In this document: positions 51,788 through 62,024 of the stretch, in pieces
Layout of the letters: each line of letters opens with the position of its first letter
Position numbering within the stretch: the first letter of the stretch is position 1
Source of the DNA: Vulcanimicrobiota bacterium
Lineage (GTDB): Bacteria > Vulcanimicrobiota > Xenobia > Xenobiales > JADMJV01
NCBI GenBank assembly: GCA_050250895.1
Contig: JBFWNU010000006.1
Span: 279,513-343,512, forward strand
Direction of reading: 5' to 3'
DNA length: 64,000 nt
The notes under the pieces: generated by a model
Told to the model about the DNA's origin: nothing
Database searches by the model: none
Seen by the model: the letters and a program-made list of their open reading frames with translations, nothing else
Program-made: the position numbers and the translations under genes

Positions 51788-51866
51788 TCGGCCTGGAGCT
51801 TGGTCTTTTGGGAGGGAAGTCCTGCCGGGGAGGGCAGGGGGACTGTCGTGTAGAAAAAAATTCACC

Positions 51867-52874
51867 ATGCCAGGCCCTCAACGTTTATTGACCCCCCAGG
51901 CCATTCGTGGCGACGAACAAGAGAACACGCTACGACCTCGGTGTCTCGACGAGTATGTGGGTCAGTCTGAAGTGGTCGCCAACCTGCGGGTGTTCATCGA
52001 GGCGGCGCGCCAGCGTCAAGAACCGGTCGACCATGTGCTCTTATCGGGACCGCCCGGTCTGGGCAAGACCACTCTGGCCAGCCTGGTGGCCCGCGAGATG
52101 GGGGCTCAGTTGCGCAGTACTTCGGGCCCGGCCATCGAGCGCCCCATCGACCTGTTGGTGTTGCTCAACAGTCTGACCGCCAACGATGTGCTCTTTGTCG
52201 ACGAGATCCACCGCATGTCTCGCAACGTCGAGGAGATCCTCTATCCCGTGATGGAGGACCTGAGCTTCGACCGCATCATTTCCAAAGGGATGAAAAAGGG
52301 GGCCGTGCGCCATCGCATCGCCCCCTTTACCCTGGTTGGCGCCACCACTCGGGGCGGCTCGCTATCCGCCCCGCTGCGCTCTCGCTTCGGCATTCTGTTC
52401 CATCTAAACTATTACGATGTCGAGGATCTGGCTCGGATCGTCGAGCGGTCGGCCGGCATCCTCGCGATCGAGATCGAGCCCGACGGGGCTCACGAGGTCG
52501 CTGCGCGATGTCGCGGCACGCCACGCATCGCCAATCGATTGTTGCGACGCGTGCGTGACTATGCTCAGGTCGAGGGAGCCGTTTCGATCTGTCAGGGCGT
52601 TGCCCGAAGCGCGCTCGACCGCATGGGTATCGATCGCTGTGGGCTGGACCGCCTGGACCAGAAGATTCTAGAGTGCTTGATCCACAAGTTCGACGGGCGG
52701 CCCGTCGGGCTGGCCACGCTAGCGGCCGCGGTCCAGGAAGACCCCCACAACCTCGAAGAAATGTATGAGCCCTACCTGTTGGCTTCTGGGTTCTTACAAA
52801 AAACTCCGCGGGGGCGCGTGGCCGCTCCGCGGAGTTATCGACATCTAGGGCTCGAGCCCCCGCCGGTCTACTGA
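51867..52874 (+). CDS. ruvB: Holliday junction branch migration helicase RuvB
   Basis: LRP, GPPGLGKTT, TSGP, DEIHR, GATTR, RGTPRIANRLLRRVRD, TPRGR. Confidence 0.97.
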   Translation: MPGPQRLLTPQAIRGDEQENTLRPRCLDEYVGQSEVVANLRVFIEAARQRQEPVDHVLLSGPPGLGKTTLASLVAREMGAQLRSTSGPAIERPIDLLVLLNSLTANDVLFVDEIHRMSRNVEEILYPVMEDLSFDRIISKGMKKGAVRHRIAPFTLVGATTRGGSLSAPLRSRFGILFHLNYYDVEDLARIVERSAGILAIEIEPDGAHEVAARCRGTPRIANRLLRRVRDYAQVEGAVSICQGVARSALDRMGIDRCGLDRLDQKILECLIHKFDGRPVGLATLAAAVQEDPHNLEEMYEPYLLASGFLQKTPRGRVAAPRSYRHLGLEPPPVY

Positions 52875-54394
52875 CGTGTGACCTCAATCTCGATCGGGGT
52901 GCTGTTGGCGTTGTCGGTAATGATCAGTAGCATCTTTCCATTTCTCGGCACGCGGCTGGCTTCGATTCCCACATCGAAGTGACCGCTAGAGCTGACCATC
53001 GCGCTGCTCGAGAATTGGGCGGTGGCTCCCGCCAGCGCGCCGAGCACGTCGTTCTTCGAGTAGCGGACGACGACCTGGACCTGGGAGCCGGGCCGGCCAC
53101 TACCCTGAACGTTGAAGTTCACCGGCAAAGTCATGCCAGAGCGGATGTTGCTCACGCTCAGCACGTTCCCGTTGACCATGAGTTGACTGGGGGCGTTGGC
53201 GGTAATGGTCTGCCCGTTGCTCAAGACCGCCCGGCCAACGATGGAGACGCTGCCGTTCTGGTTGCTGGGAACGGTGTAGCTGCCGGTGAAGTAACCCGTC
53301 GAGGTCTCGCGCATCGGGTTGTTGCTGAGGTTGCCCGCGTCGAAGTAGGCGCGCGAACCGGTGGGAGCGTTGTAAGAAACGCTCACTGTTTGACCCGGAC
53401 TGACGTTGGTAGGACTGAAAGACAAGTTGGTGATGGAGTTGGTGATGGAGTTGGCGGTGGCGTTGATGGTGAAGGTCCATTGCTGGCGAATCTGACCGTT
53501 GCTCGCAAAGCCAATGGCGTCCACCTGATGCTGGCCGGGAGCCAGGTCGTAGCCGGGGTCCCAGTAGATGGCCTGGCCGCTGAAGCCGGATTGCGAGGTG
53601 AAGTCGCGTCCGTCGATGACCAGTTGAGCTCGCGAGACCCGCTGGCGGAAGTCCGCTCCGATCCGAGGACGCGAGACGGTCACGACCTCGCCGTTGTTGG
53701 GACTCATGGTGACCGAGGAGGAGCCGGCACCGGCCGAGCCGGTGGTGAAGCTCCATGCGTAGGAATAGTTTTGTCCGTTGGTGCCGGTGGCCGACACCTC
53801 GGCCTTGTGAAGGCCGGGAGATAGGTCGTAGTCGGGCTTCCATACCAGGGCCTCGCGACGAACCTTGGCGGCTCGGGTGAAGTCGATGCCGTCGACATAG
53901 AAGCGGTGGCTGTCGCGGCGGACGTCGCCCGGAAATCGAACTCGCACCCGCGGCTGGCTTTCGGAGACGCTTTCGTTGGGGCCGGGGTTGACCTCAATAC
54001 CGGTGTTGGCATTGTTGCTAGTACCGCTCGTGCCAGCGAGGACCGTGACGGTCCGGCTGGCTTCTTGAGCCGCTTCCCGATTGCCCAGCTTCAGGTAGCC
54101 GACCAGCACTCCTTTGTCGATTACCAGGCCCTGAGGGATGACATAACGAGTCTCGTAGCGGCCAGGTTGCGTCTCGGTCAGGGCGACGCTTTTGATGGCA
54201 CCCAGAATCTCGAAGCGAGCCTGGCCTCCTCGGTCTCCCGTCAAGATGACTTCGAGCACGTCGCCAGCTCGCAGCTGGTTGGTTCCGGAGTGAATCACCG
54301 AGTCGATCCTGGCCCGACGCTGGGCCAGGCCAGGACCGCTTACGATCAACAGGGACAATAACAAGCAAAGTAGTGTGGAACGTTTGGAAAACAT
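52868..54394 (-). CDS. Secreted protein with repeated Ig-like beta domains
   Basis: Signal peptide from ATG 54394; duplicated unit (DG.DFT...W.P.YDL.PG.H...W.FT). Confidence 0.75.
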   Translation of the reverse strand: MFSKRSTLLCLLLSLLIVSGPGLAQRRARIDSVIHSGTNQLRAGDVLEVILTGDRGGQARFEILGAIKSVALTETQPGRYETRYVIPQGLVIDKGVLVGYLKLGNREAAQEASRTVTVLAGTSGTSNNANTGIEVNPGPNESVSESQPRVRVRFPGDVRRDSHRFYVDGIDFTRAAKVRREALVWKPDYDLSPGLHKAEVSATGTNGQNYSYAWSFTTGSAGAGSSSVTMSPNNGEVVTVSRPRIGADFRQRVSRAQLVIDGRDFTSQSGFSGQAIYWDPGYDLAPGQHQVDAIGFASNGQIRQQWTFTINATANSITNSITNLSFSPTNVSPGQTVSVSYNAPTGSRAYFDAGNLSNNPMRETSTGYFTGSYTVPSNQNGSVSIVGRAVLSNGQTITANAPSQLMVNGNVLSVSNIRSGMTLPVNFNVQGSGRPGSQVQVVVRYSKNDVLGALAGATAQFSSSAMVSSSGHFDVGIEASRVPRNGKMLLIITDNANSTPIEIEVTRQ

Positions 54395-54527
54395 TGTGCG
54401 ACCTTCCATTTTCGAGAGAGTTTCCCTTTCCGGACGGCCGGAGTTGGCGGCTGCACTCGGCTCTGACCGTGTCCCTTCCCAGGGGGAGGGTACGGGCTCG
54501 ATCAGGAAGAACGGACGCGCCTCCGCT

Positions 54528-55037
54528 ATGCATTGCGAATTCGAAATCGAGGGGGAGAGAGTCCGCGCGGAGCTGGTTCCGTGTGACGGTGGCGGATTTC
54601 GCGTTCGCCTGGGCGAGCGCTGGCTGCTGGTGGACGATCTTCCCGGCCATTTAATCCTCACTTCCGAAGACGGCACTACCCGCTCGGTCGAGTATGTTGT
54701 TTGTCCCGTAGAGCACGGCCAACAGGTGCATCTGGAGCGCCAGGTGGTGGGCGTCATGAGTCCCCGTCGCAAGCGCTCCCGCGGCGGGGCAAGCAGCGAC
54801 GGCACCGTGAACTCTCCCATGAACGGACAGGTGGTCAAGGTGCTCAAGTCTGACGGGGCCCCCGTCAAAGAGGGGGAGGTCGTGCTCACTCTTGAAGCAA
54901 TGAAGATGGAGAACGAGGTGACCGCCCCACGAGCGGGTCGGCTCGTCGACCTTCGAGTCGAGGTTGGTCAAACGGTTTCTCCCGGAAACTTATTGTTTCG
55001 TGTCGAAGTAGAGCAGAGCGGGAAGACTCCCGCGTGA
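54528..55037 (+). CDS. Biotin carboxyl carrier domain protein
   Basis: SPMNG, LEAMKMENE biotinylation motif. Confidence 0.92.
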   Translation: MHCEFEIEGERVRAELVPCDGGGFRVRLGERWLLVDDLPGHLILTSEDGTTRSVEYVVCPVEHGQQVHLERQVVGVMSPRRKRSRGGASSDGTVNSPMNGQVVKVLKSDGAPVKEGEVVLTLEAMKMENEVTAPRAGRLVDLRVEVGQTVSPGNLLFRVEVEQSGKTPA

Positions 55038-55071
55038 TTCCAGGTCGGAAGACTAAAAGAGAAGCGAACAC

Positions 55072-55860
55072 TTGTTCCACAACATCCTGAACAAGCTCTT
55101 CAATCGGGACGACGATGACGGAGAACCCAAGAAAACTCCGCCGGTCGCGTCCGAGAAGAAGCCGCCGCCGGAGGCCAGAGCTCCCGAACGTCCGCCCGAT
55201 GTGCCGCGGCATCAGGATATACCCAATCGCATCGAAATCGGGGTGGATCTCAAGGCTATTCCGGCCACTCTACCAGGCAAGCCTCGCGCCTGGCCGGTGA
55301 AGGTCACGGGCTTTTCGGCCGAGGGTTTCTGGGTGGCTCGCACCGATCCCGAGGATGAGATACTGCCCACCAACGTCGGCGAATTGCTGACCCTGGTCCT
55401 GTTCGACAACAAACTTCAGTTGACTTATGACTGCCCGGTGCTGCGCATCGAGGGCGGAGCGGTCGAGAAGGTGCTGGTGGGGCCCCCTACCAAGACCGTG
55501 CAGGAAGAGTCGCAGATGCAGAACCTGGGCGGTCGCAAGCATCTGCGCATCAATTTTCGCCTACCGGCCGAGATTCGGGCGGTGGCGGGCGGAGAGCTAG
55601 GTCCCCCAATCTCGGGGCACACCCGGGACATCAGTATGAGCGGACTGGCGGTGGAATGCCCGCAGGAATTCGATGCCGGAGCCGAGATCGAAATTCGCAT
55701 CCTGTCCTGGAACTTTCCCCTGAAAGTGCGCGCTTTCGTGGTACGGTGTGCCGCCGAGGATGGCAAGACCGTAGTGGCTGTCTCGTTTCCTCCGGACCTG
55801 TCCACCATCTCTCAGGACCTCATTGGGCAGTTCATTCTCGAGAATCAACGCAACGTGTAA
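55072..55860 (+). CDS. PilZ domain protein (YcgR-like c-di-GMP effector)
   Basis: RKHLR (RxxxR) and DISMSG (DxSxxG). Confidence 0.9.
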   Translation: MFHNILNKLFNRDDDDGEPKKTPPVASEKKPPPEARAPERPPDVPRHQDIPNRIEIGVDLKAIPATLPGKPRAWPVKVTGFSAEGFWVARTDPEDEILPTNVGELLTLVLFDNKLQLTYDCPVLRIEGGAVEKVLVGPPTKTVQEESQMQNLGGRKHLRINFRLPAEIRAVAGGELGPPISGHTRDISMSGLAVECPQEFDAGAEIEIRILSWNFPLKVRAFVVRCAAEDGKTVVAVSFPPDLSTISQDLIGQFILENQRNV

Positions 55861-55953
55861 CAATCCATTCGAAAGGATGGATTTGGCCGGCCCTATAATA
55901 GAAGGCGCAAACTTTCGGTCATTCTTGTGGCCGGCCCCAGCAGAGGAGACACC

Positions 55954-56808
55954 GTGAGCGAGATTTCTACGGTTGGCGTCATTGGCGCCGGAACCATGGG
56001 CTCTGGCATTGCTCAGACCTTCGCCCAGTATGGCTTCGAGGTTCGCCTGGTGGATAGCCAGAAGGTCGCCATCGAGCGCGCCCAAGCCACGATCACTACC
56101 AGTCTGGAAAAGTTTCAGCAAAAGGGAAAGCTGGACCAGAAGGCAGTCGAGGATACGCTGGCCAGATTGCATTTTCACCAGGACTTGAACACGGTGGCAC
56201 AATGCAACCTGGTAATCGAGGCCGTGTTCGAAAAGCTCGAGGTGAAGCTTTCGGTGCTCGAGCAGTTGAACGGTATCTGCACCCCCGAGACGATCCTGGG
56301 CAGCAATACCAGTTCGATTTCGATCACCGCTCTGGCTCGAGCGGTGTCTCATCCCGGCCGCTTTCTGGGCTTCCACTTCATGAACCCGGTGCCGCTGATG
56401 AAGCTGGTCGAGTTGATTCGAGGGGAGCTCACCTCTCCCGAAACCATCCAGCGGGCCATCAGTGTCTGTCAGGTGCTCGCCAAGACTCCGGTCGAGGCCA
56501 ACGATTATCCGGGCTTTCTCTCGAACCGCATTCTGATGCCGATGATCAATGAGGCGGTCTTTGCCCTGATGGAGGGAGTAGGCGACGCCGTGGGCATAGA
56601 CACGGTGATGAAGCTGGGCATGAATCATCCGATGGGGCCGCTGGCTCTGGCCGACCTGATTGGCCTGGATGTATGCCTGGACATCATGGAGGTGCTTCAT
56701 CGGGGCCTGGGGGACAAGTATCGTCCCTGTCCGCTCTTGCGGCGTAAAGTAGAAGCGGGCCAGCTGGGCCGCAAGACGGGAGCTGGCTTCTATGACTACC
56801 CCAACTAA
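55954..56808 (+). CDS. hbd: 3-hydroxybutyryl-CoA dehydrogenase
   Basis: [50 protein letters not shown]. Confidence 0.95.
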   Translation: MSEISTVGVIGAGTMGSGIAQTFAQYGFEVRLVDSQKVAIERAQATITTSLEKFQQKGKLDQKAVEDTLARLHFHQDLNTVAQCNLVIEAVFEKLEVKLSVLEQLNGICTPETILGSNTSSISITALARAVSHPGRFLGFHFMNPVPLMKLVELIRGELTSPETIQRAISVCQVLAKTPVEANDYPGFLSNRILMPMINEAVFALMEGVGDAVGIDTVMKLGMNHPMGPLALADLIGLDVCLDIMEVLHRGLGDKYRPCPLLRRKVEAGQLGRKTGAGFYDYPN

Positions 56809-57526
56809 CCAGAATGCGAAGTTCTCGTGGCTGCTGATGGGCCTGGGCACCCTGGCCGCGCTCGGATTGGCCTATCTTGGCCTCAGCCGAAACCGTGACG
56901 AGTCGCGGATTGCGGTCTATGTGATCGGTGAAGTCCAGACTCCGGGAGTGGTGGTGCTTCCGGCGGGCAGCCGGGTGGTCGACGCTATCAAACGGGCCGG
57001 GGGGCTGACCCGCGACGCCGACGAACAGGCCATCAATCTGGCCGCTCGCTTGAGCGACGAAGACAAGATCGTGGTCCCCGCCAGAGGCCAGGCGGTGACG
57101 GTCGAGCCGCGCCTGCCGCAACTGGCGGCCGAGGGTCCCGGTCAGGAGCTACCGATGCCCGAGCCGCCTCCGGTTGAACCCGAGGTGGGCGCCCCCCCCG
57201 AAATGGACCCTGTGATGGAAGAGGCCACTCCCGCTCCGGCCGATAGTGGCCATTGGGAGGGCGGTCTGGTGGTGGAAAGCGACGTGTCGGATGCGGTCGG
57301 GGCCCCGGCCGGTAACGAGGCGCCTCCCGGCCGGGTGAGCGTGAATCGAGCCACCGTCGAAGAGTTAGAGAGCGTGCCCGGCGTGGGGCCCGAACTGGCC
57401 GCCAAGATCGTTGCCTTTCGCCAGGGTCCGCCGGCCCGCGCCTTCTCTACTCTTGAGGAACTTACTCAGATTCCAGGTATCAAGGAGCGCAAGCTCGAAC
57501 AGTTGAGGCCGTACATCGATCTATGA
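56792..57526 (+). CDS. comEA: ComEA family DNA-binding protein
   Basis: N-terminal TM, SLBB (GEV..PGV, INLA..L.D), C-terminal HhH (VNRAT.EEL..VPGVG, IPGI). Confidence 0.9.
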   Translation: MTTPTNQNAKFSWLLMGLGTLAALGLAYLGLSRNRDESRIAVYVIGEVQTPGVVVLPAGSRVVDAIKRAGGLTRDADEQAINLAARLSDEDKIVVPARGQAVTVEPRLPQLAAEGPGQELPMPEPPPVEPEVGAPPEMDPVMEEATPAPADSGHWEGGLVVESDVSDAVGAPAGNEAPPGRVSVNRATVEELESVPGVGPELAAKIVAFRQGPPARAFSTLEELTQIPGIKERKLEQLRPYIDL

Positions 57527-58830
57527 GCCAATCTGCCGAGCAAACAGCCAAAACTGATAGCGTTTTTCCGGGTCCGCTTCGGGCCCGTCCCGAATACTTT
57601 GTGGCCGGTCGCGGCCGCTATGGGGTTTATTACCTCATTGACCACCTACTGCGCAGCCTTGCCTGGGGTAGTGACCGAGAGGCGATGGGCAATCTGTCGA
57701 TCACGGTCGAGACCGAGGGCACGCTGAAGCTGACCCGTCGCTGGCCGGGCTGCCAGGACCTCTACCCTGAACTCGAGGGCAGTCTCAACCCACCCGCCGG
57801 GGTGTCTTTGGCCGAACATCATTTTCTGCGTTGCGTGAATGGCATCAAGTCGGGCAAGTTCGACCGGCTCCAGTGGGCCCGAGGCAATCCCTTCACAGCC
57901 ATCTATTTAGCCGTGGCGGTGGCCCTCTCGAGTCGAGCCAAGCTGAGTCTTACCTGCAGTCAGGGTACCTTTACCCAGACCTATCGCGAGGGGCTGCCGG
58001 CCGGTGAAGTGGCCCGTAGCTCCGGCGGCGAAGCGGCACTATCGCTCGAGCTGTTGCTTGACAGCACTATCTTGCAAGAAGAGATCCCCTCGTACCCGTT
58101 CCGCATTCGCCTGCGCGAGTTGGCTTGTCTCCTGCCGGGCATCAACATGGAGTTACAATACAAGGGTTTCAAGCCGGTCAAGTTCAAAGCCGAAAATGGG
58201 GTCCGCGAGCTACTCGAGTTCTATGTTCCCGACACCGATCGGCTGCATCCCGACCCGTTCCTCTTTGAATACACCGACAAGAAGGGTCTCAACTATCGCT
58301 GTGCGCTGTTCTTGATTCAGTCCGAGATGGAGCGTCTCAAGAGTTTTGCTGGTCTTGACGAGTCCTATCACGGTGGCACCCACGAGAACGTCTTTCGCGA
58401 TGTCGTGCTGGGCGTGTTTCGGCAGTTGCACAAGTTCGAGGTGCCCGAGCGGCGCCAGTCGCTTGAAAACATCGCCAGTTCGCGGATGACTTATTTCGGC
58501 ACCTTCGGGGCCACCATTCCCTACAATCTAGAAGAGCGCAAAAGCGAGTTCGTGAGAACGGTGCCGGGTGTGGCCGCCGCGATTCACTTCGACTCGCCGG
58601 GCCTTGAATGGGAGAGCAATCATCGCGCCCGGGCTCTCAAGCCCGAGTTGGATGAGGACTTCCGCTCGGAGCTGCTCTTCGAGTTTCGCCGCTGGGTGCT
58701 AGAGCAGTCGGACACCATCCGGGCCTGGAAAGAGCAGTGGGCTCCCAAGGGCCGGCGCAAGCGCAGCCCCACCGGCACGACCCCAGCCGAGAAGAAGGAT
58801 GAGGAAGAGGAAGACGACGATGACGCTTAA
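57523..58830 (+). CDS. Degenerate GyrB/ParE N-terminal (GHKL + transducer)-like protein
   Basis: LRARPEYF, SGKFD, ALSS, QTYREG, RLRELACL.PG, GGTHE in GyrB order; no TOPRIM; acidic tail. Confidence 0.7.
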   Translation: MSQSAEQTAKTDSVFPGPLRARPEYFVAGRGRYGVYYLIDHLLRSLAWGSDREAMGNLSITVETEGTLKLTRRWPGCQDLYPELEGSLNPPAGVSLAEHHFLRCVNGIKSGKFDRLQWARGNPFTAIYLAVAVALSSRAKLSLTCSQGTFTQTYREGLPAGEVARSSGGEAALSLELLLDSTILQEEIPSYPFRIRLRELACLLPGINMELQYKGFKPVKFKAENGVRELLEFYVPDTDRLHPDPFLFEYTDKKGLNYRCALFLIQSEMERLKSFAGLDESYHGGTHENVFRDVVLGVFRQLHKFEVPERRQSLENIASSRMTYFGTFGATIPYNLEERKSEFVRTVPGVAAAIHFDSPGLEWESNHRARALKPELDEDFRSELLFEFRRWVLEQSDTIRAWKEQWAPKGRRKRSPTGTTPAEKKDEEEEDDDDA

Positions 58831-59035
58831 AGGCACACTCAAGCGATCCGATTTGGAAGGAGGCGTGTGGGTCTTCGAGGCCGACAGCGGAGAACGATTC
58901 CATCTCGAGGGGCTCGATCCGGCCCATGAGAAAGATGGGGCGCGCCTGGAACTCGAGGGCGATGTCGACGCAGGCGGGGTCAGCATCGGCATGATGGGTT
59001 CGGTCTTCGCGGTGCGCCGGGCCAAGAGTTTGTGA
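58820..59035 (+). CDS. Small beta-rich hypothetical protein (71 aa)
   Basis: MTLKGT...EGGVW...DSGERF.L; overlaps both neighbours. Confidence 0.7.
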   Translation: MTLKGTLKRSDLEGGVWVFEADSGERFHLEGLDPAHEKDGARLELEGDVDAGGVSIGMMGSVFAVRRAKSL

Positions 59036-59568
59036 ATCCGGGCCGGGGGCCGCTGCAAAATACTCCAGAAGCCTTCGAGGCGCAGCTTCGAGAGGGCCAC
59101 TATAACGAACTCAGGGTGGCCCTCTTTTACATGTTGCGGGGATTTTGTGCTAGAATCGGGTTCGAGAATGGGCGCTACGACATCACCCTCCTGCGCGATG
59201 ACGGGACTCGACGCAAGGTCGAGGTCAAGTGGGACAAGCGGGCAGGCCAGACCGGCAACCTGTACTTCGAGGTCGAAAACACCCGCCAGCGGGCGCCCTC
59301 GGGCATCATGGCCACCACGGCCGACATCTGGTGTCACGTCGTCGGCGAAGGCCAGCAGGCCCTGCTGAGTCGGGTGGACCGGCTGCGTGAGGTGCTCGAG
59401 CAGGGCCAGTTCCGCAGCGTGAACACCACCGGAGCCGACAGTAACAGTCGGGGCTTGCTGGCGGCCCGGGCGCGGCTGGAGGGTGTCGACGGCCTACATT
59501 GGGTAAGACTACCCACAGTGGAAGACTATTTCGGAGAGTTATTTCGACGGAGCGGATGGCGTGGATAA
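59032..59568 (+). CDS. PD-(D/E)xK nuclease-like protein, phage-type family
   Basis: YD...VEVKWD...TGN.YFE...SGI..T.AD.W. Confidence 0.7.
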   Translation: MNPGRGPLQNTPEAFEAQLREGHYNELRVALFYMLRGFCARIGFENGRYDITLLRDDGTRRKVEVKWDKRAGQTGNLYFEVENTRQRAPSGIMATTADIWCHVVGEGQQALLSRVDRLREVLEQGQFRSVNTTGADSNSRGLLAARARLEGVDGLHWVRLPTVEDYFGELFRRSGWRG

Positions 59569-60121
59569 TCGAGAGCAACTAAAGGTGTTCTGGTCGTACG
59601 GCCTGGCCTCGCTGATCATGCTGTTCGTGACCGGATTGTTCTGGACCCTCATCCCGTTTATTATGGTGCTGCGGCTGGCTGACGCCGATCCGGCTGTGAA
59701 GGCTCGCCTCGAGCAGGTCGCCGCCTATCAACTCGACCCGGTAGACATTGACCCTGACGATCCTACCCTGGCTCGTCGCCGCGAAGCCCTGGCCCCCGTC
59801 TTTGCCAAGCTCAACTGGTTCTTCGTGGCCTTGTTGACCAGTGCTTTGAGCTTTTCGTGCTTAGGCTTTTTCTGCGGTTGGAGCTGTGGCGACGCGGCCT
59901 GGGCGGGGGCGCTACCCCTGGTGGCTTTGCTGACGCAACGCAGTCCGGCAGTGATGCCCAACGTCATGGCCCAGACCGGCTTTACCGGGATCGAACTGCA
60001 GTTGTGGCAGCAGGTGGTGGTGGTGATGGTGCAGCTCGTGGTGGTCTATGCCGCGGCTATCTGGGGTGCCAATCTGCACGCTCGGCGAGCGGCCTCAGTA
60101 GACGACCTGGAAGGGTCCTAG
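59561..60121 (+). CDS. Hypothetical membrane protein
   Basis: Four hydrophobic segments. Confidence 0.7.
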   Translation: MDNREQLKVFWSYGLASLIMLFVTGLFWTLIPFIMVLRLADADPAVKARLEQVAAYQLDPVDIDPDDPTLARRREALAPVFAKLNWFFVALLTSALSFSCLGFFCGWSCGDAAWAGALPLVALLTQRSPAVMPNVMAQTGFTGIELQLWQQVVVVMVQLVVVYAAAIWGANLHARRAASVDDLEGS

Positions 60122-60370
60122 TCCGGGGTCGTCCTGGCACCAATCCAACTCGATCGAGTCGACTTGTCCCCAGGGCGGGCCCTGGCGCAGCCGAACCAGA
60201 AATTCGTGAAGCCGCTCTTGAGGACCGCGAGCTCGTACCCGCACACTACCGTCGCGCTCGTTGCGCACCCACCCGTCGAGACTGAGCTTCATGGCTTCGC
60301 GGGTAGCAAACATTCGGTAGCCCACCCCCTGCACCTGACCTTTGACCACCGCTTCGAAGCAAAGCACCAT
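60095..60370 (-). CDS. acyP: Acylphosphatase
   Basis: GQVQGVGYR, GWVRN..DGSV, GP. Confidence 0.93.
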   Translation of the reverse strand: MVLCFEAVVKGQVQGVGYRMFATREAMKLSLDGWVRNERDGSVRVRARGPQERLHEFLVRLRQGPPWGQVDSIELDWCQDDPGLGPFQVVY

Positions 60371-60486
60371 TCTGACTTCTAGCTGCGCGGCTTTGGGCCT
60401 TTCGGTGCCAGCGCAACATGGTGTTAACACACCCGGCTCGGCCTCTTACTATTCTCACAGAGAACTCCAGGAAAGGGGCCATAACT

Positions 60487-61605
60487 GTGAACGTGTCAAG
60501 TCTGGCGGCGCGCCCTCAAACGAGTGCTGCGAGTAAGCCGCCCACGCCACCGGCCGAGACGAAAAAGTCGCCCGAGCAGGATGAATTTTTAGCGACGAGT
60601 CCTGACAAGGACCGCATCGGATACGAGGTTGCCTATAACCTTGGCAAAGGCGTTTACGGCGTGGTGAAAGGCGCGGCCAAGACCGGCCAGGCGCTTCACT
60701 TGACCGGCCTGGTGATGGGCCTGCAGACGCCCGGCGTCGCCGGGGCCCTGGGCCTGATGGGTGGTACCTACGATGTGCTGCACGGCGGTAGTGTGGCTCA
60801 GCAGGCGGCCATCAACCGCAACCTGACGGGCAGCATCCTGGGGAGTTTGCAGGTTCTTCAGGGCGTGGCCACCTATGCCAGCGTGCTGGCTCCCACCTTC
60901 GGCGCTCCGGCCGTGGTCGGTCAGGGCGCCGCCCTGGTAGCCGCTGGCGCCTTCGCCGGACGGATGGGTTACGAAGGTTTCGCGGCCGCCAAAGGCGCCA
61001 TCACCGGCGAGCCCTCCGCCACCGGTGGCTCGGCCCAGCCCGGCGCCATGGGCACCATGCAGGCTCCCGGCGAGATGGGTTCGATGGCAGCCGTTCAGCG
61101 GTCAGATGACGACGACGGCACGGCCGATGAAGTCAACGGCGACAGCCGCGTCTACGAGCAGTTTTTCGCCGCCAACCGCTCCGTCAGCCAGTTCGTGCAG
61201 CGTATCGGCGGCATCGGGGCCTTCTGGAACAACTTTGACGCCATCCGGGGCGGCACGCCCGGCGGCATCTGGGGTATCCTCGGTATCGTGGGTTCGACCA
61301 CCTCGGTGATGCAGGGCATGGCCGAACTCACTCGGGGAGCTTCGAACCAGCATCGCGGTGACACCGTAGGCGGAGCTCTGCACGTGATTCAGGGCCTCGG
61401 CTCGGTAGGTGCCTCGCTGGGTATGGGTCGCACCGCCGGCTTCGTTGCCGCCGGCGCCTGGGCCGCTCGCACCGCCTATATGATGTATGAGCAGTCCAAG
61501 CAGCTTCAGGGCGGCGACAACGAAGAGTCGATGACCGACGTGATCGTCGACTCGGTGAAGAACTCGTTGGGCCTGTCCCACCAGGACGAAAGCAAAGCCG
61601 CCTGA
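60487..61605 (+). CDS. Hypothetical Gly/Ala-rich membrane-active protein with internal duplication
   Basis: GTG 60487 after GGAAAGGGG; two similar hydrophobic blocks joined by a low-complexity linker. Confidence 0.75.
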   Translation: MNVSSLAARPQTSAASKPPTPPAETKKSPEQDEFLATSPDKDRIGYEVAYNLGKGVYGVVKGAAKTGQALHLTGLVMGLQTPGVAGALGLMGGTYDVLHGGSVAQQAAINRNLTGSILGSLQVLQGVATYASVLAPTFGAPAVVGQGAALVAAGAFAGRMGYEGFAAAKGAITGEPSATGGSAQPGAMGTMQAPGEMGSMAAVQRSDDDDGTADEVNGDSRVYEQFFAANRSVSQFVQRIGGIGAFWNNFDAIRGGTPGGIWGILGIVGSTTSVMQGMAELTRGASNQHRGDTVGGALHVIQGLGSVGASLGMGRTAGFVAAGAWAARTAYMMYEQSKQLQGGDNEESMTDVIVDSVKNSLGLSHQDESKAA

Positions 61606-61616
61606 TCGGGGCAGCT

Positions 61617-62024
61617 TCAATCGACTCGCGCGGGCGTCCACAGCCGGATGCGCCGCGCGATTCTATTTTCGCGCGTTTCGTCGCCATATTCGGTGGGGGC
61701 GGGGGGCTGGCCGAACGCTTCGGTCTGGTGCAGGGTGTTGATGTTGAGCGTTGCGAACTGGCCTTCTTCGGCGCTCAGCAGAGCGCCCAGATAGACCCCA
61801 CATTGGGGACAAAGTAGAAAGTCGGCCGTGGCCAGCCCGAAGCGATAGCGTCGCGGTCCGCCCTCGAAACTCACCCGACCGCTCGGATCGGTGGCCGTCA
61901 CCGCTCCGTGCAGCCGACAGAAGCGACAAGCGCACTGGCGCAAGCGCAGTTGGGCGGCAGGGATAGCGGTTTCGAAGCTCACCGCGAGCTGGCCGCAATG
62001 ACAGCCCCCTCGGTAGAGCGTCAA
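61617..62024 (-). CDS. GFA/CENP-V family zinc protein
   Basis: GGCHCG, CACRFC, CPQCG. Confidence 0.9.
   Translation of the reverse strand: MTLYRGGCHCGQLAVSFETAIPAAQLRLRQCACRFCRLHGAVTATDPSGRVSFEGGPRRYRFGLATADFLLCPQCGVYLGALLSAEEGQFATLNINTLHQTEAFGQPPAPTEYGDETRENRIARRIRLWTPARVD

Noticed and set aside
51867-52874. ruvB without ruvA/ruvC
   Set aside because: Separation of ruv genes is common and the protein is canonical
54467-54496. Hairpin upstream of the biotin carrier gene as a riboswitch
   Set aside because: Single stem-loop without any aptamer motif I recognise
54395-54889. N-terminal extension of the 673-aa ORF
   Set aside because: Overlaps the biotin carrier gene on the other strand; the signal peptide starts at 54394
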